In this document: positions 50,779 to 64,000 of the stretch, in pieces
Position numbering within the stretch: position 1 is the first letter of the stretch
Layout of the letters: each line of letters starts with the position of its first letter
Assembly: GCF_001194135.2 (NCBI RefSeq)
Contig: NC_069002.1
Span: 1,193,926-1,257,925 of the forward strand
Direction: 5' to 3'
From: Octopus bimaculoides
Taxonomy: Eukaryota
Length of the DNA: 64,000 nucleotides
The notes under the pieces: model-generated
What the model saw: only the letters and a program-made list of their open reading frames with translations
The model's database searches: none
Told to the model about the DNA's origin: nothing
Program-made: the position numbers and the translations under genes

Positions 50779-52465
50779 TAGAGCAAACGCAAATTGCGAC
50801 AATAATAAAGACTACTTGATTCCTTGTTAAATGGTAACAAATGGCAACTGCAGTGGGTCCTGCTTCCGGATTCCTGGCAATTATTGTTGTAGTCATTGTC
50901 GTTGTCCTTCCAGTCGCTTAACCCCAGCTCATCAAACTCCAGTTGAACCATGTCCGAGGACATTCGACTCCTCAAGTTTCAGTTACTTCTCTTTTCAAGC
51001 ATAACATATCTAGAAACACACGGTGTAACGTGTTTTCTCTATTTCAAACATGACTAGCGGGTAATTTTCAAAATATTTGACTGCACTTTCTAACAAGTCC
51101 AGCGACCACTCACAAGGCAGCTCGTAGCTTTGTTGGTGGATGTAAACCAAGATGGAGAAAATAACGACAACGCTAGATTCATTGTTTGCATACAGCGTCC
51201 CCTAATATCTTAAATCATAATTAAAAACAGTTTTTTAAAATCCCTAGTAACGTCACGAAGTACAATTCCCAGGCGTACCATGGCAATCTGGGTAGTCTGA
51301 AAAAATCTTCACCAGAAGCATGTTTTTATATTTTTTTTAGATTATTTTTAGTATGTCACGTGCTTCTCATTTTTTTCTTTTGTTTGCTTTCTTGTGGTGG
51401 TGGTGGTGGTGGTGGTGGCGGCGGGTTGGGTTGTTAGAGAAAACTACACAGACATGGTACATACTCACATGTATGCAGGTACGCACATCAACATGCATAC
51501 ACACACTCGAATTCACACATGCACACGTATTTGGTCTGCCGATTTGTTTGTCAGTCTGTCTCTTTTTTGCATACATATACATACATACATATACATACAT
51601 ATATATATATATATCAATATACACATACATACATACATTCATATATNNNNNNNNNNNNNNNNNNNNNNNTATATATATATATATATATATATATATGAAT
51701 GTATGTATTTTTGTACGTGTGTATGTGAATATGTATGAATATATGTGTGTATACGTAGTTTCGCAAAACTCCGAGTCCGACCACAAAATAATACCATCGC
51801 TGCAATTAATATTTGCATTATATTGAATTCATTATTTTTCTTGTTTGCAAACGTGCACTGAACAATTCAGACACACACGGACACACACACATCAAACATG
51901 CAGTAGACAAATCGCGATGCACACACAAAATATAAATTCACAAACATACACGCACACAGAAGCACATACACACACATAATACGCACTCGCAAATATACAC
52001 AGAACGGCATAGATAGACGCATGCGTACACTGTGTTACGCTTCTTTGCTGAGCGTTCCTTCGTTTTGCTGTTACATTCAGTTTATCGGTTCGTATTGCTA
52101 ACGTCGTCGTTACGATCAAGGTCCACGTTCTGTGGTGGTTACTGAATTCATTTGCATCATCGTCATCATCATCATCGTCATCATCATCATCGTCGTCGTC
52201 GTTATCATCATCATCAACGACAAATATTTTTGCTTCTTCTTTTTCATTATCACATGTTTTTCTCTCCTTCTTCTCTCCTCTTTCATTCTTTCTTTTCCTT
52301 TTCATTCTTTTCGGCCACTTTTTCTTCTCCATCTCCTGGTTACAATTCTTTTACTTACAACTTGCGTGACGTCTGCATCGTTCTTTCGTTCTTGTAATTC
52401 TTGTGATTGTTGGTGTTTTTTACTTCCATTTTCATCATTCAATCATTCTTTTATCTAAAGTGACA

Positions 52466-52502
<37 letters not shown>

Positions 52503-52790
52503 GTGTGCCTGCATATATTTGCCCATTTATTTAGTTATTTATGTCTGTATTACATATTTTTACTTTTCTTTCGTATATTTTTTCCCCAGTAGACCATCTT
52601 TAAATTTCTTTTGAAGTCACAGTTTTTTTAAGGTTTATATATATGCACACAAAAATGTGTATGTGTGTGTTAATGCGTACGTGCGTGTATATGTACGTAT
52701 ATATATATATACATACACGAATAAATACGCACATATATACAGACACACATGTATATTCCTATATAGATAGATTTATATATATGTATATGC

Positions 52791-52873
<83 letters not shown>

Positions 52874-53689
52874 TGTGAGTATATAAACACAAGAATATAG
52901 ATTTTTCTATATATGTTTATACATATAGACATATTTACATATATGTATGCACACACATATACATATATATGCATATATACACATATATATGCACAGATAT
53001 ATATAGATATTTTTTCAAATACCTATGCATATATACATACACGCACAAACACTCAAATGCGCACAACCACACACAGACCTATATACATATGTCAATACGC
53101 ACCACACCCCTACCCCCATAGGTATTCCTATCAGGCATAAAAGCTAAACAAATAACAACAAACCAACTATATTCGATAATGAAATTTTGCAATGGAAATG
53201 AAGAAGACGTCTCCATTGAACGACCCAGACCTGAAACAGTTTAATTACTTCGCTTTAATCTTCCGTATTTTCTTAATTTGATTGAGAAATATAGAAATAC
53301 GGTTTGTTATTGCCGATGATATCTTGGAAATATTAGCCCTTGTACCACCATGCACGCCTTGTCACAGTAATGCTCTGTTTGTGGTGTGTGCGTTTATATT
53401 TGTATATGAAACGCACGTACATATACACGCACATGCGCATATGCACATACACACACATATATAATGTTTCTAATGATGACGAAGGCGAAGTCGACGACGA
53501 TGACGACAATGACTTCGGTGATGATGATGAAGAGAGAATGACGATGATGAGGATGATGATGAAGATGGTGATGCTGGTGAAAATGATGTTGCTATCGACG
53601 ACAACGACGATGATGATGAGGAGGAGGAGGAGCAAGAGAAGGAAGAGTAGGAGAAGGGGGAGGAAACTTTTAGAAATCTTCACTTTCCT

Positions 53690-53847
53690 ATTAGTCGATT
53701 ACATCAACCCCAGTGCGTAACTGGTACTTATTTTATCGACTCGAAAGGGTGAAAGGAAAAATTGACCTTGGCGGAATTTGAACTCAGAACGTAGTGACAG
53801 ACGAAACACCGTTAAGCATTCCGTCCGGCGTGCTGACGATTCTGCTT
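53690..53847 (-). mobile_element. Family B SINE
   Basis: gtcgattacatcaaccccagtgcgtaactggtacttattttatcgac...gcggaatttgaactcagaacgt...gctgacgattctgc. Confidence 0.9.
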
Positions 53848-54105
53848 TGATGAAGAAGAAAATAATAACAACAACAACAATGTGATTTCACAGATCTTAT
53901 ATTATCTAATAATTCCTCCCAACTTAATCCATTAATGTATTCCAGCTTGTGTAACGAGTTGTACATTTACTTTCTTTTGAAATATTCATGTGTTGTGTTC
54001 ACACCGATCTTTTCCTCTTTCTGCTTTATTATTTTTTTTGTCTTCTTTCCCATTGTCGTTCCCTTGCGATATATATATATGTATATATATATATATATGT
54101 ATGTG

Positions 54106-54173
<68 letters not shown>

Positions 54174-55835
54174 TATATATAGAGAGATATGCGTATGTGT
54201 GAGTGATTATGTTTGTGACTTTGAGGAAGTAATTATTTGGCTTTTTATATAACCAATAATAATTTGACAATTGTGTCTTTTTCTTAAAACGTTTCCTTTT
54301 TTTGAAGCATATTACTCTCTTAATTTATATTTTTCTACATTTTTTTCATTTATGTAATAGTTTGTTTTTTTTACCAAATTCCCAGGATTTTTGTTTTTAC
54401 ATTGTTAATATTAATCGTTATTACAATTATTAAAGCTGCTGTATAAGCATAAGGTTAGTAGTGTTGCTGTTGTATCCATCTCCATTCTTTTGTCATCATC
54501 TTTCTCGTCATTTCCTATTTTTTCATTTCCTCCGCATTTTCTTTTTTCCTCACAATCTTTTTCTTTCTCCATCGCATTTTATATAATTTTCTTTTGCCTG
54601 TTTTTATCTTTCAACATATTCCTTCATCTATTCAATTTTTCTATGCTTTCTTCGCTTTCTTTTTTATCATTTTAGATTCAATATATCTGAATACGATACG
54701 GTTATGCTCGAATAAAAACAGCGTTTCACTTTAGGTCTGGCTCTCCAGGGCTTATTTGAGGTTCAAAAACAGCAATGGCCGGAGTCTAATGACTGAAATT
54801 AGAAAAAAGATAAAAGATGAAGATATATGTGTAAAACTTGCTCATCAACGAAATCGTAATTGATACACCTATTCTTACCATCACGTGCACGCACGAAACG
54901 CACTTTCACATACAGACACGCACACACACCATGCATGCATATATACATACATGCACACACACACACACACACACGCACACACACGCAAAGACATGTAAAA
55001 GCTGCAAAACACAAAAGTCAGAAATATCATTGCAGAACATAAACACACATACATATACACACATATAAACACACATGCACACACACATATACATGTAAAT
55101 GTACTCATAGACATAAAACATAAAAAAACACATGCACACACATATTAACGCTCACACACATAAATACACAACAGACACGTGCAGGCAAATGCATATACAC
55201 ATTCATAAACACGTGAACACACGTATACATACACACGCACATATGAACAACACAAGTCAAAACACACGCACACATATATACACTCATACACACACATGAA
55301 TACAAATACACACGCATGCTCACACTTTAAAGAAATTCTGACTTGCAGAAAATGTCTCTAATTGATCTTTGGTAGAGTTTAGTTGGTTCCAATGTAACAA
55401 CAACGTCTCGCAACTGCCACCCCATTCCAATATCCTTCCAACCCCATTCTCCAAGGGTCTTGGGGCTACTTTCAGAGTGATGGGGCCTGGAACCATGCCA
55501 AACTGGTGTCGTTACCGATGAGTCTAACCAGTTTTCAGCTGATCATCAGGGGATGTGTTATTTTGACTGTTCAGTTGTGTTATGTGGATATGTGGGTGTA
55601 TGCCTATGTTTATGTGTGTGTGTGAGAGAGAGTTTATATGTATATGTACGTGTATTGTATGAATTTATGCATGCATAGGTGAGTATAGAGATACGTTTAT
55701 GCCTATATATAGATGTGTGTTTACATGGGTATACATATATATATATGCACGTATACGTGTGTATTTATGTATGTATGCATATGATATACACTCGCACGAA
55801 TTTACACATATATATATTATATATATATGTGTACA

Positions 55836-55906
<71 letters not shown>

Positions 55907-56049
55907 GTAAAGAGGGAGAGAGAAGGAGAGTGATCGATGGCTAGTTACCAATACCATGCATGTATACGTGCGCGTGAATAATAGTATATGAGTATAATTG
56001 TGTGTATATATACATATATGCACGCATGTATATGTATATTTGTATATAC

Positions 56050-56082
<33 letters not shown>

Positions 56083-56995
56083 CGTTAAACCCAAGGAGGG
56101 TCATTGCGCTACTAATAGCAACACACGCATTGGTTTAATATCGCTTCGTTATTAGTGAATAATAATCGCGAAACTTTTTTCCTACCTCCTGGTTATTTAT
56201 ATATATATATGTGTGTGTTTTGTGTAAGAATGTACACACACGCACACATACATTTGTACATAATCCGAGTTTATACGTGAATGTTTATACCTATATATGT
56301 ACATTAATATGATACTTTTTTGAACAATAGGTAATATATTATTTTCGATGAATGAGTATTAATCTCATCCATTAGTGTCTTCTGATCGTATTAATGATGG
56401 GATCACTTTTCAAGCAGCTTCCTAATGCAGTCAATGAGACATCCATCTTTCGACGTTTCCGTATTCTTTGGAATATTTCTTCACCAGAGCAAATTTTAAC
56501 TGGCATTGACGTTGAGATACGTTAGAACATTAATTTTTTTCTTAATGTTGTTTTTGAACCAAAGAAATAACGATTTGGAATCTCATGACTTTGCAGTTAG
56601 TGACAGCTTCTAAACACGTAAGATAAGAAATTAATAATTTAACTTTAAACTAATTATAATCCGATATTTCTAGTGATCATAGACTTTTTCAAAGGGTGGC
56701 GACAAGAGAAAACCGCGTCACTCTTACAGGTGTGTATGTACATGTGTGTGTGTATAAAGAGAAAGAGAGAGAGAGAGATCTGTATACGTTTATGCATGTA
56801 TACACACACTAACATACAAATACATGCATATTATACGTACGTACACACACACACTTCCTCATGGTACTTTCAGAATAACAAGTTCTGATAGACGCCCAAA
56901 GTAAGAGCATGTCTTTGATGCAAGCCTAAGGAAGTCTCTCTCAAATACCGAAAACAGCAAATATTACGTAATTTTTCTTTTAGAATTTTCGTGTG

Positions 56996-57039
<44 letters not shown>

Positions 57040-57652
57040 CCCAGACATGCTATATTTTTTTGTAGAAGACTGAACACGAGCGACACCTTTTTGACGGAGT
57101 AACTCCTTTACAACTATCATGCAATATCAAGACAAAGCGACACACACACAGAGAATGCATAACATATTATAGAATACGATGAACTGGAGCGATGTCCTTA
57201 AAGCTACACCATTCCAATACATTTCGGTGTTTGTGAAAATTTGCAGACAACGTTTTGCCTAATTTATTGAGGAATTTCCAACAACAGGCTGCCTAACATG
57301 GTTTATCCCACTTACCAACCGAACAACATGTTATTAACATAAAATGCTAAACTTTATAAACATCATCTTATATGTATTTTATACACGATATGGAAGATAC
57401 CACGCAGATACATGACAATATCATGAATACTGTGTATCACAATAAAATAGATAAATGCAAGAGCTTTTTCCTAACGCTTTGTAAATACGCTCACTTTATC
57501 ATCTCATGACTGTTCCATACTTCAATCGTTTGAATGATCGGTTACGTGAAACTCAGTTAGGCTTCCAGCTTCTAATGTAATGAGACATTCTACTTTTAAG
57601 TATTAATTATATTTTTCTACTTAGTAAAGATACGCCTGTAAATCCCTACACA

Positions 57653-57685
<33 letters not shown>

Positions 57686-58083
57686 GCATGTATATATATA
57701 CATGCATATATATATATGTATATATATATTTCTATACACACACATACATATATATATATATATACATATATACACACACACACGTATACACAATATAATA
57801 TATGCACGTGTTTGTATGTGTGAGTTGAACAAAATATCATCAGTTAGCTATCAGAGTATGAATCTCCAGATAATGATCTACTGTATACATGCTGTAAAAC
57901 AATTTTGGTGTGTATATGTAGATATGAATGTATGCACATATATATGCGCGCGCGTTTAAATATAGACATATAAAATGTGTGTCTATGTAACAATATATAT
58001 ATACTTCTTTCTATTTATATGGATACGAAAACATATATACATATATACACATACATATTTGCATATATAGTTGCATATATACA

Positions 58084-58124
<41 letters not shown>

Positions 58125-58709
58125 AATATATATACACATTGTTTTATGACATGTATAAAATAAGATCATTATCAGGAGTTTGTTACTCTGATCATAAAAG
58201 GTTCAAATAATTACCATAAGTTCTGTCTGATATAACTAGCATGCTTCACTCAATTAACTCCCCCTAGCCCTTTTACTCCCATGTGACCTTCAAATTTCCA
58301 CCATTTTTCTTATCTCCTATTTCATTATATCACCATTTTCATTTCGTTATTATCAATTATTATTATTATCAGTTTATTATTATTATTATTAGTATTATTA
58401 TTGTTGTTGTTGTTGTGTTGTTGTTATTGATATTGCTGGCATTGATATAATTGTCAGTGTTACTGGGAAACGGTTACCGTTTTCATTTATTTCATTCATT
58501 CTGAAGCTGACAATGGAGTTGTAATTTACTGTTATCACCATCATACTTACCATCCTCCTCACTGTTGTCATTAACACTACCACCTCCACCACTACCACCT
58601 CCACCACTACCACCTCCACCACCGTCGTCGTCGTCGTCGTGATCGCTGTCGCCTTCCTCGTGGAATTTACTTGTTGTTGTTGTTGATGTTGTAAAGGAAA
58701 ATATTATGA

Positions 58710-58775
58710 GGATCGATTGTATCGACTAAGCATCTCTCCTCAAACTTTCTGGCCTCATCCCTAAATTAAATCCTC
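58710..58775 (+). mobile_element. Family B SINE 3'-end fragment
   Basis: gatcgattgtatcgactaagc...ctcctcaaactttctggcctcatccctaaatt. Confidence 0.5.
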
Positions 58776-58803
58776 TTGCTATTCATTGCTCCTTTAAGGT
58801 ATC

Positions 58804-59000
58804 CAGAATCTTTAGCAAACGGAGCAAAATCGTTAGCGACATTTCGTCCGTCTTTACTTTCTGAGTCCGAAGTTGACTTTCCATCTCTTTTGCCGGTCGA
58901 TAAAATATGTACCAGCTGAACACTAGGGTCAAGGCAAATCGCCTTCCCCCACCTCCCCAAACTAACTGACCTTTTGCCAAAATTTGAAGCCAGTATTTAT
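58804..59000 (+). mobile_element. Family B SINE, diverged
   Basis: cagaatctttagc...gacatttcgtccgtctttactttctgagt...gttgactttccatctc...ggtcgataaaatatgtaccagctgaacactagggtc. Confidence 0.8.
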
Positions 59001-59112
59001 TATTCCTTGACTCTGAAAAGGAAAGATAGAAAAGGCCACCAAACTTGCTTAAAAGCGAAAAGTTACGCTGTGTAATGTCTTGTTATGCCGTGCTGTATAC
59101 CCCTAAAACGAC

Positions 59113-59195
59113 TTGATGGCCACGGCTGGAAGGCCGTTCTTCATAAAGTCTGCTAGATCCTGCCTGACTTGGTTCTAAACAACAACTACAACAAA
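59113..59195 (+). mobile_element. Family D 3' end with (CAA)n tail
   Basis: gatggccacggctggaaggcc...cataaagtctgctagatc...tgacttggttctaaacaacaactacaacaa; reverse complement of 615-690. Confidence 0.65.
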
Positions 59196-59473
59196 ACCAA
59201 GATCGTCAAAAGCACTAAATCCATTTACAAGATTAGACATCCTCAATAGCGACGCTATCAGCAGCATTTGAAGGATGACCATTCCGCCATATCTGCCGCC
59301 GACACCACTACCAACAACAACAACAACAGCGCCAGCAGCGCCACCCTCGGCATCAATATTATCAGCAGCTGCATCAGCGTCACTACCACCGTCACTACAA
59401 CCGCCACCAACACCATCATCATCATCATAAGCATTATCATCATATTCATTATCTTCATCAGTTGATTAACCTT

Positions 59474-59524
<51 letters not shown>

Positions 59525-59941
59525 GGTCACCGAGAACGAAAACAGAAATAAGACACTGGGCGATCACTTCTAGTTGTGGGGGGAGGGGTTTGGTGGCGTT
59601 GGTGTTGGTGAAAGGTTTTGATGGTCAGGGTCATTGTCGTGGCGGCGGTGGTGGTGGTATTGGTTGTAGATGAGGTAGTGTTAAGCGATACTAGTGATGG
59701 TGGTGGTAAGGTGGTGGTGGCAGCCGTACGGTGCATATTGTTGCTCTTGTCTCTACATGTATTTTCTTGTAGTTATTACTTTAGCAATTGTCATTTTGGT
59801 CCTTTTTATTGTTGTTGTTGTTAGTGGTGGTGTGTCTGTTGTTGTTATTATCATTGTCGTCATTGTTTTTATTATTATTATTATTATTGTTTAGATGTTA
59901 TTATAAGCCGAAGCAATGGCATTTCTTGTTGTTTGTGTTGA

Positions 59942-60148
59942 GGCGGCGAGCTGGCCGAATCGTTACAGCGCCGGGCAAAATGCTAAGCGGCATTTCAACC
60001 ATCTTTAGTTCTGAGCTCAAATTCCGCCGAGGTAGACTTTGCCTTTTTTTTTTTTTTTTCGAGGTCAATAAATTAAGTACCAGTTGCGTACTGGAATCGA
60101 CGAGCCCCCACCCCTACAATTTCAGGCCTTGTGTCTATAATAGAAGGA
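59942..60148 (+). mobile_element. Family B tRNA-derived SINE, full length (CORE-like central domain; resembles octopus OR-type SINEs)
   Basis: Head ggcggcgagctggccgaatcg (A-box-like), ctcaaattcc (B-box-like), gtagactttgcc...gaggtcaataaattaagtaccag (CORE-like segment), 3' end atttcaggccttgtgtctataatagaagga. The family name is from recall, not a search. Confidence 0.9.
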
Positions 60149-60431
60149 AGTGCTGCCATGTAGCAAGTTTGTTGAAAGGTGGGTGAATGTTGGAAGAATG
60201 GTGAATGTGAAAGGATCAATTCTGAGCGTGCACCTGTAAAAAAAAAACTCTTGCCGTGTTCTTCAGGCACCCCTGTCAGCAGTTCCAAGAAGCCTGGATT
60301 TGTATAATAGGGTTTTGTTCGAACGAACAAACCTCAACACATACTTTCTTTAGTCTGGTATTTATTCTATTGGTCTCTTATAACGAACTGCTAGTTTACT
60401 GGGACACAAACACAAATTCACAGACAGAGGA

Positions 60432-60577
60432 CGGACTTCTTTCAGTTTTCACCGACTACATCCACTCACAATGTTTAGCCAATCTAGAGCTATTGTAGAA
60501 GACACTTGTCCAAGGTGCAACGCAGTGGGACTGAACCCATGACCATGTGCTTTGGAAGCAATTTTTTTACAATACAG
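60432..60577 (-). mobile_element. Family A SINE, 5' half
   Basis: cttctttcagttttc...atccactcacaatg...gtagaagacacttgtccaaggtgcaacgcagtgggactgaaccc...accatgtg. Confidence 0.85.
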
Positions 60578-60995
60578 TTGCACCTGCGCTTTCAGGTAAT
60601 TTTTCTGTGGCTTTGCCTATCTGCTAAGTGAACTCTTTCAAAATAATACAATTATTAAGAATGATTTCCAACGTAAGACCAGGAATAGATTGTTGTTGTC
60701 AACGAACTTGTTTTATACTTGTAACCGTTCGGTTGTGGTTGGCACTTTATTTTATTGACAATGGAATGATGATGATGATGATGGACACAGTCGGCAAGAG
60801 GAGGACGAGGAGGGGGAAGGAGAAGAAGAAAAAAGGTGACGATGATGAGAAGAAGGCGGAGGATGTTGGGGAGTGATAACGATGAAGTAGAAAGAAGACA
60901 CACACAAAGGTAATTTTATACGGCAGCGATGATTATGATGACAACGACGATGTCTATGATGTTTATGAGGAAGACGCTCACAATGATGGCGACGT

Positions 60996-61026
<31 letters not shown>

Positions 61027-61649
61027 AACGACGTCTGAAATGATGATGATGATGATGATGATGTCGGTGACGTTGAAGAAGATTAAGAAGAAGAAGAATG
61101 AAAAGAATGACGAAAGCGAAAACAGCGTCCGCCACCAGCAACAACAGCAACAATAACAACGATTCATCCGGCGGAAATTTATGCATCGAATTTTTTATTT
61201 ATGTATTTATTTTGTTAATGCTGTAAATTATGGAATTATCTGGAACTTTCAAGTGAAGCCTGGCCTTCGTTCGAACACGCTTAGCAATTCTCCATAAATC
61301 AAAACGAGGAACACGACCTATCGTCACCTACTGAATATATAGGTTGGCCTCTTGCCAGCTAATTAGGGTTCGGGTTAGAGTCGGGGTAGCGGTCATACAA
61401 GGACCATTTTTTATTTCCGGTTGCGTTTTTTTTTATAACACACACATTCGCACACACACGCACATACGCACACAGACACACACAAACAAACAAACACACA
61501 TGCAATTGCGGGGATTAAATACGTGAATACATTCGCACGTTCAAACATGCATGCTTTCATTCATACATATATATTAACACGCATAAACCTACACTCACAT
61601 ACATAGGCACACATACATATATAGAAACACATGCATACACACACATAGA

Positions 61650-61768
61650 TATCGACCCCGAAAGGCAAAGTAGACCTCGGCGGAATTTGAACTCAGAGCG
61701 TAGAGACAAATAAAATGTCGTTAAGCCTTATTTCTCGGCGCGTTGACAATTATGCCAGCTCGCTGCCT
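61650..61768 (-). mobile_element. Family B SINE, 5' two-thirds
   Basis: atcgaccccgaaaggcaaagtagacctcggcggaatttgaactcagagcgt...gccagctcgctgcc. Confidence 0.88.
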
Positions 61769-61799
61769 TCAGCAAAAAGTTAATTGAATTGTATTGTTG

Positions 61800-61890
61800 T
61801 GTGATTAACAAGTTCGCCTCCAACCTCGTGTTCACAGGTTCAATCCCCTTGCGCTGCTCCTTGGGCAACTATCTCCTTCTATGGGCACAA
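61800..61890 (+). mobile_element. Family A SINE head fragment
   Basis: aagttcgcctccaacc...caggttcaatccccttgcgctgctccttgggcaac. Confidence 0.6.
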
Positions 61891-61944
61891 GTGAATCGGC
61901 TTGATAAAAACTACGTTGTATATATAGATATGTATATTTTTCTC

Positions 61945-62087
61945 TTTTACTATTTTAGTCATTTGACTGCAGCCATGCTGGGGCAGCGCCTAGAAGAATT
62001 TTTTTAGTCAAGTGAATCGACTCTACCACTTATTTTATTTTTAAGCTTGATGCTTATTCTATCGGTCTATTTTGCCGAACCGCTACA
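61945..62087 (-). mobile_element. Family A SINE, 3' half
   Basis: tcttttac...gtcatttgactgcagccatgctggggcagcgcc...ttattctatcggtctattttgccgaaccgct. Confidence 0.85.
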
Positions 62088-63314
62088 CGTACATACATAC
62101 ATATATATATTTGTTGTTTATACACCTGTCTTCGTCTTTTGTTTTTCTGTAAATTTAAACTATATATATATATATATATACACGCACACACATACATTCA
62201 TACATACATATACATACATACATACGCACGGCAAATGAATTCCTTATCAGGCTTTATGAAAATGTAATTGTTTGTATATTGATAACTCACCCTCAAAATC
62301 GTTGTTTGTTTATAAACGTTTTTCTTTATATATTTGCTTTGATATTCTATGTTGGTGGTGGTGGCTTGTTTCAATCGATTTTTCTAGAGTCAACTAAACG
62401 ATCACAGTAACTAGATCCTATTTAAAACTATTTTCTCCCCTCTCTTCATATCTTTCTTCTCCCTACTTCTCGCGCTATCTCTCTATCTCTTTATCGTCTT
62501 AACATTAACAGTATAATAGTTTCTCCCCGTCCCACATCCTACATTTTTTTATCTGCTTTTCCCAATTAAAATATCACCCCCGTTCTTTACTGATCTCTAA
62601 TTTGTTATACGGGAACAATTTTTTTATAATTTTATTACCATATTTATTTCTTTGTTTCTTCGTTTATTTCGTTTTAATTTAGTGTAGCGGTAACAGTCGA
62701 TTATTTGTTTCAACTGGTATTCTCTAATCTCTACAGTCGACAGTTGATAATCTTTTCGCTGTTGATTTTTTTGTTACGCTTTATGATCTTGATGACGCCA
62801 TTTCGAATTATTCTTTCTTTCATCGAAGCAATTTGCATGATTCTTTATAGATTATGTTTTATATTTTTCTTCCATTGCAATAATCATGCATGGCTTTACA
62901 TTAATTCCATTTTGTATTTTTCTTTTGTATCATTATTTTATTTCTGTGCAGTAATCTTAGTGTTGTTATTGTTAACTGCGGCGATGATGATGATAATTGA
63001 CATGTTTGCCTTGCAACAGCAGCTCCCGCTTATTTTTGTGTTTTTCTGTTGTTACTTTTTCTCTTTCTTTTAATATTAAACAATTGTTGAGATTTGTAGC
63101 TATTCGCGGGTAGCGTTAATTGATAACGAAGAATGCTAGTTGATAAGGACCAAATAGCGTCTAAAAGACCTTTGTTCTCCATATATTATATGCCTGATTT
63201 TACCAGATTTTTTTCTCTTGTACTTTTTGCTTCTTCTTAAGTTCCGCTAAGCTGCTTCGGATTTAGAGTTGATCAACAATTAATAATTGTTGATAGAGCA
63301 ATGAAAGCTAATCT

Positions 63315-63381
63315 TTATATGGTTGGTCGATCGACTTGCTAGGAATAGCAACCAAAATCTCTATTAAATCATAACCTGCCG
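63315..63381 (+). mobile_element. Family D 5' fragment
   Basis: ggtcgatcgacttgctaggaatagcaaccaaaatctctattaaatcataacc. Confidence 0.55.
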
Positions 63382-63659
63382 CAGTAAACGTGGGAAATCC
63401 GATGTCCATTTTATGGTACGGTGTCAGTCATAAACATGCACCCAATGAAAATGGGTCGAAAGGATATTGCGAGAAATTATAAATTCCACCAAATTAAAGC
63501 ACAATCGATTAGAATTATTGTGTGGGACCACAAGACAAAAATATTTGCTCTGTTGTGAAAATCTGCTGTCTTCAAGACACCAATATTTTCAACAAAATGC
63601 AAGAGAATAAAAATATCTATGGACCATTGATGAGAAGTTTGCAAACCCAGTGCCCAAAA

Positions 63660-64000
63660 GTACGTGCGGCCATTCGGCTTCCCTCTGCACCGTTCGAGCG
63701 GAATTCGAACGTAAGTGCGTCCGTTCGGGATTCCTCTGCACGGTTCAAGCGGAATTCGAACGTACGTGCGACGTTTCGGACTCCTGCACCGTTCTGGCGG
63801 AATTCGAACGTACGTGCGTCCGTTTCGCTTCCCTCTGAACCTTTCGAGCGGAATTCAAACGTACGTGCGTCCATTCGGCTTCCCTCTGCACGTTCGAGCG
63901 GAATTCAAAGGTAGGTGCGTCCGTTCGGGATTCCTCTGCACCGTTCGAATGGAATTCGAACGTACGTGCATACGTTCGGCCTCCCACTGCACCGTTCAAG
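63660..64000. repeat. CpG-rich ~51-bp tandem repeat (satellite/minisatellite), truncated by the window end
   Basis: Monomers start at 63660, 63711, 63762, 63810, 63861, 63911 and 63962 (lengths 51, 51, 48, 51, 50, 51); consensus gtacgtgcgtccgttcggcttccctctgcaccgttcgagcggaattcgaac, with GAATTC in each complete monomer. Confidence 0.95.

Noticed and set aside
50848-50881. RNase H-like motif LQWV(P)A..GIPGN from a LINE
   Set aside because: Requires two frameshifts within about 35 nt, and the flanks show no supporting similarity.
56452-56484. Fourth hammerhead-like core (GTGAAGA-A-ATATTC-CAAA-GAATAC-G-GAAACGTC, minus strand)
   Set aside because: The core C is missing and the spacing around stem II is off by extra bases; too degenerate to call, though worth including in a family alignment.
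57066-57125. Ankyrin-like DGVTPLQLSC after an acceptor-like ttttttgtag
   Set aside because: Single short motif that runs into a (CA)n tract and a stop; no second repeat.
61800-62087. Twin-priming inversion of one family A copy
   Set aside because: The inverted head lies next to the tail of the 3' half rather than its 5' end; two independent insertions explain it better.
63522-63914. 130-aa ORF reading through the 51-bp repeat (17-aa repeat RNSNVRAS...)
   Set aside because: Monomer 5 is 50 bp and shifts the frame, and no splice or domain evidence supports coding; open frames are expected in a GC-rich repeat.
63660-64000. CRISPR-like array
   Set aside because: Monomers are contiguous variants of one unit with no unique spacers, there are no cas genes, and the context is eukaryotic. 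The same applies to the purine array at 25470-25850.

Overview
Eukaryotic, non-coding, repeat-dominated DNA, most likely from an Octopus genome. That assignment is inferred from the very high microsatellite density and from interspersed SINE families I recognise as octopod; it is not a database result. The assembly is fragmented, with 12 N-gaps (1823-2159, 5087-5236, 12603-12617, 13070-13237, 20005-20138, 23093-23488, 27113-27121, 27507-27531, 31246-31417, 37284-38090, 44235-44676, 51647-51669), most of them sitting in or next to dinucleotide arrays. I cannot support any intact protein-coding gene: nearly all ORFs in the track are translations of microsatellites or run through Ns. Supportable content is more than 30 fragments of four SINE-like families (labelled A-D here), a CR1/L2-type LINE reverse-transcriptase fragment abutting an internally deleted mariner (maT/DD37D-like) transposase remnant, a small hAT-like MITE, a ~750-bp foldback palindrome with a Kolobok-like end, and a CpG-rich 51-bp satellite with a 4-monomer higher-order period at the right edge. 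The most interesting signals are structural: the satellite, the foldback element, degenerate hammerhead-ribozyme cores (Penelope-type), a 27-bp hairpin formed inside a SINE, and a candidate microexon whose 3' splice site is locked in a stem. I do not see convincing evidence of a novel multi-gene system.
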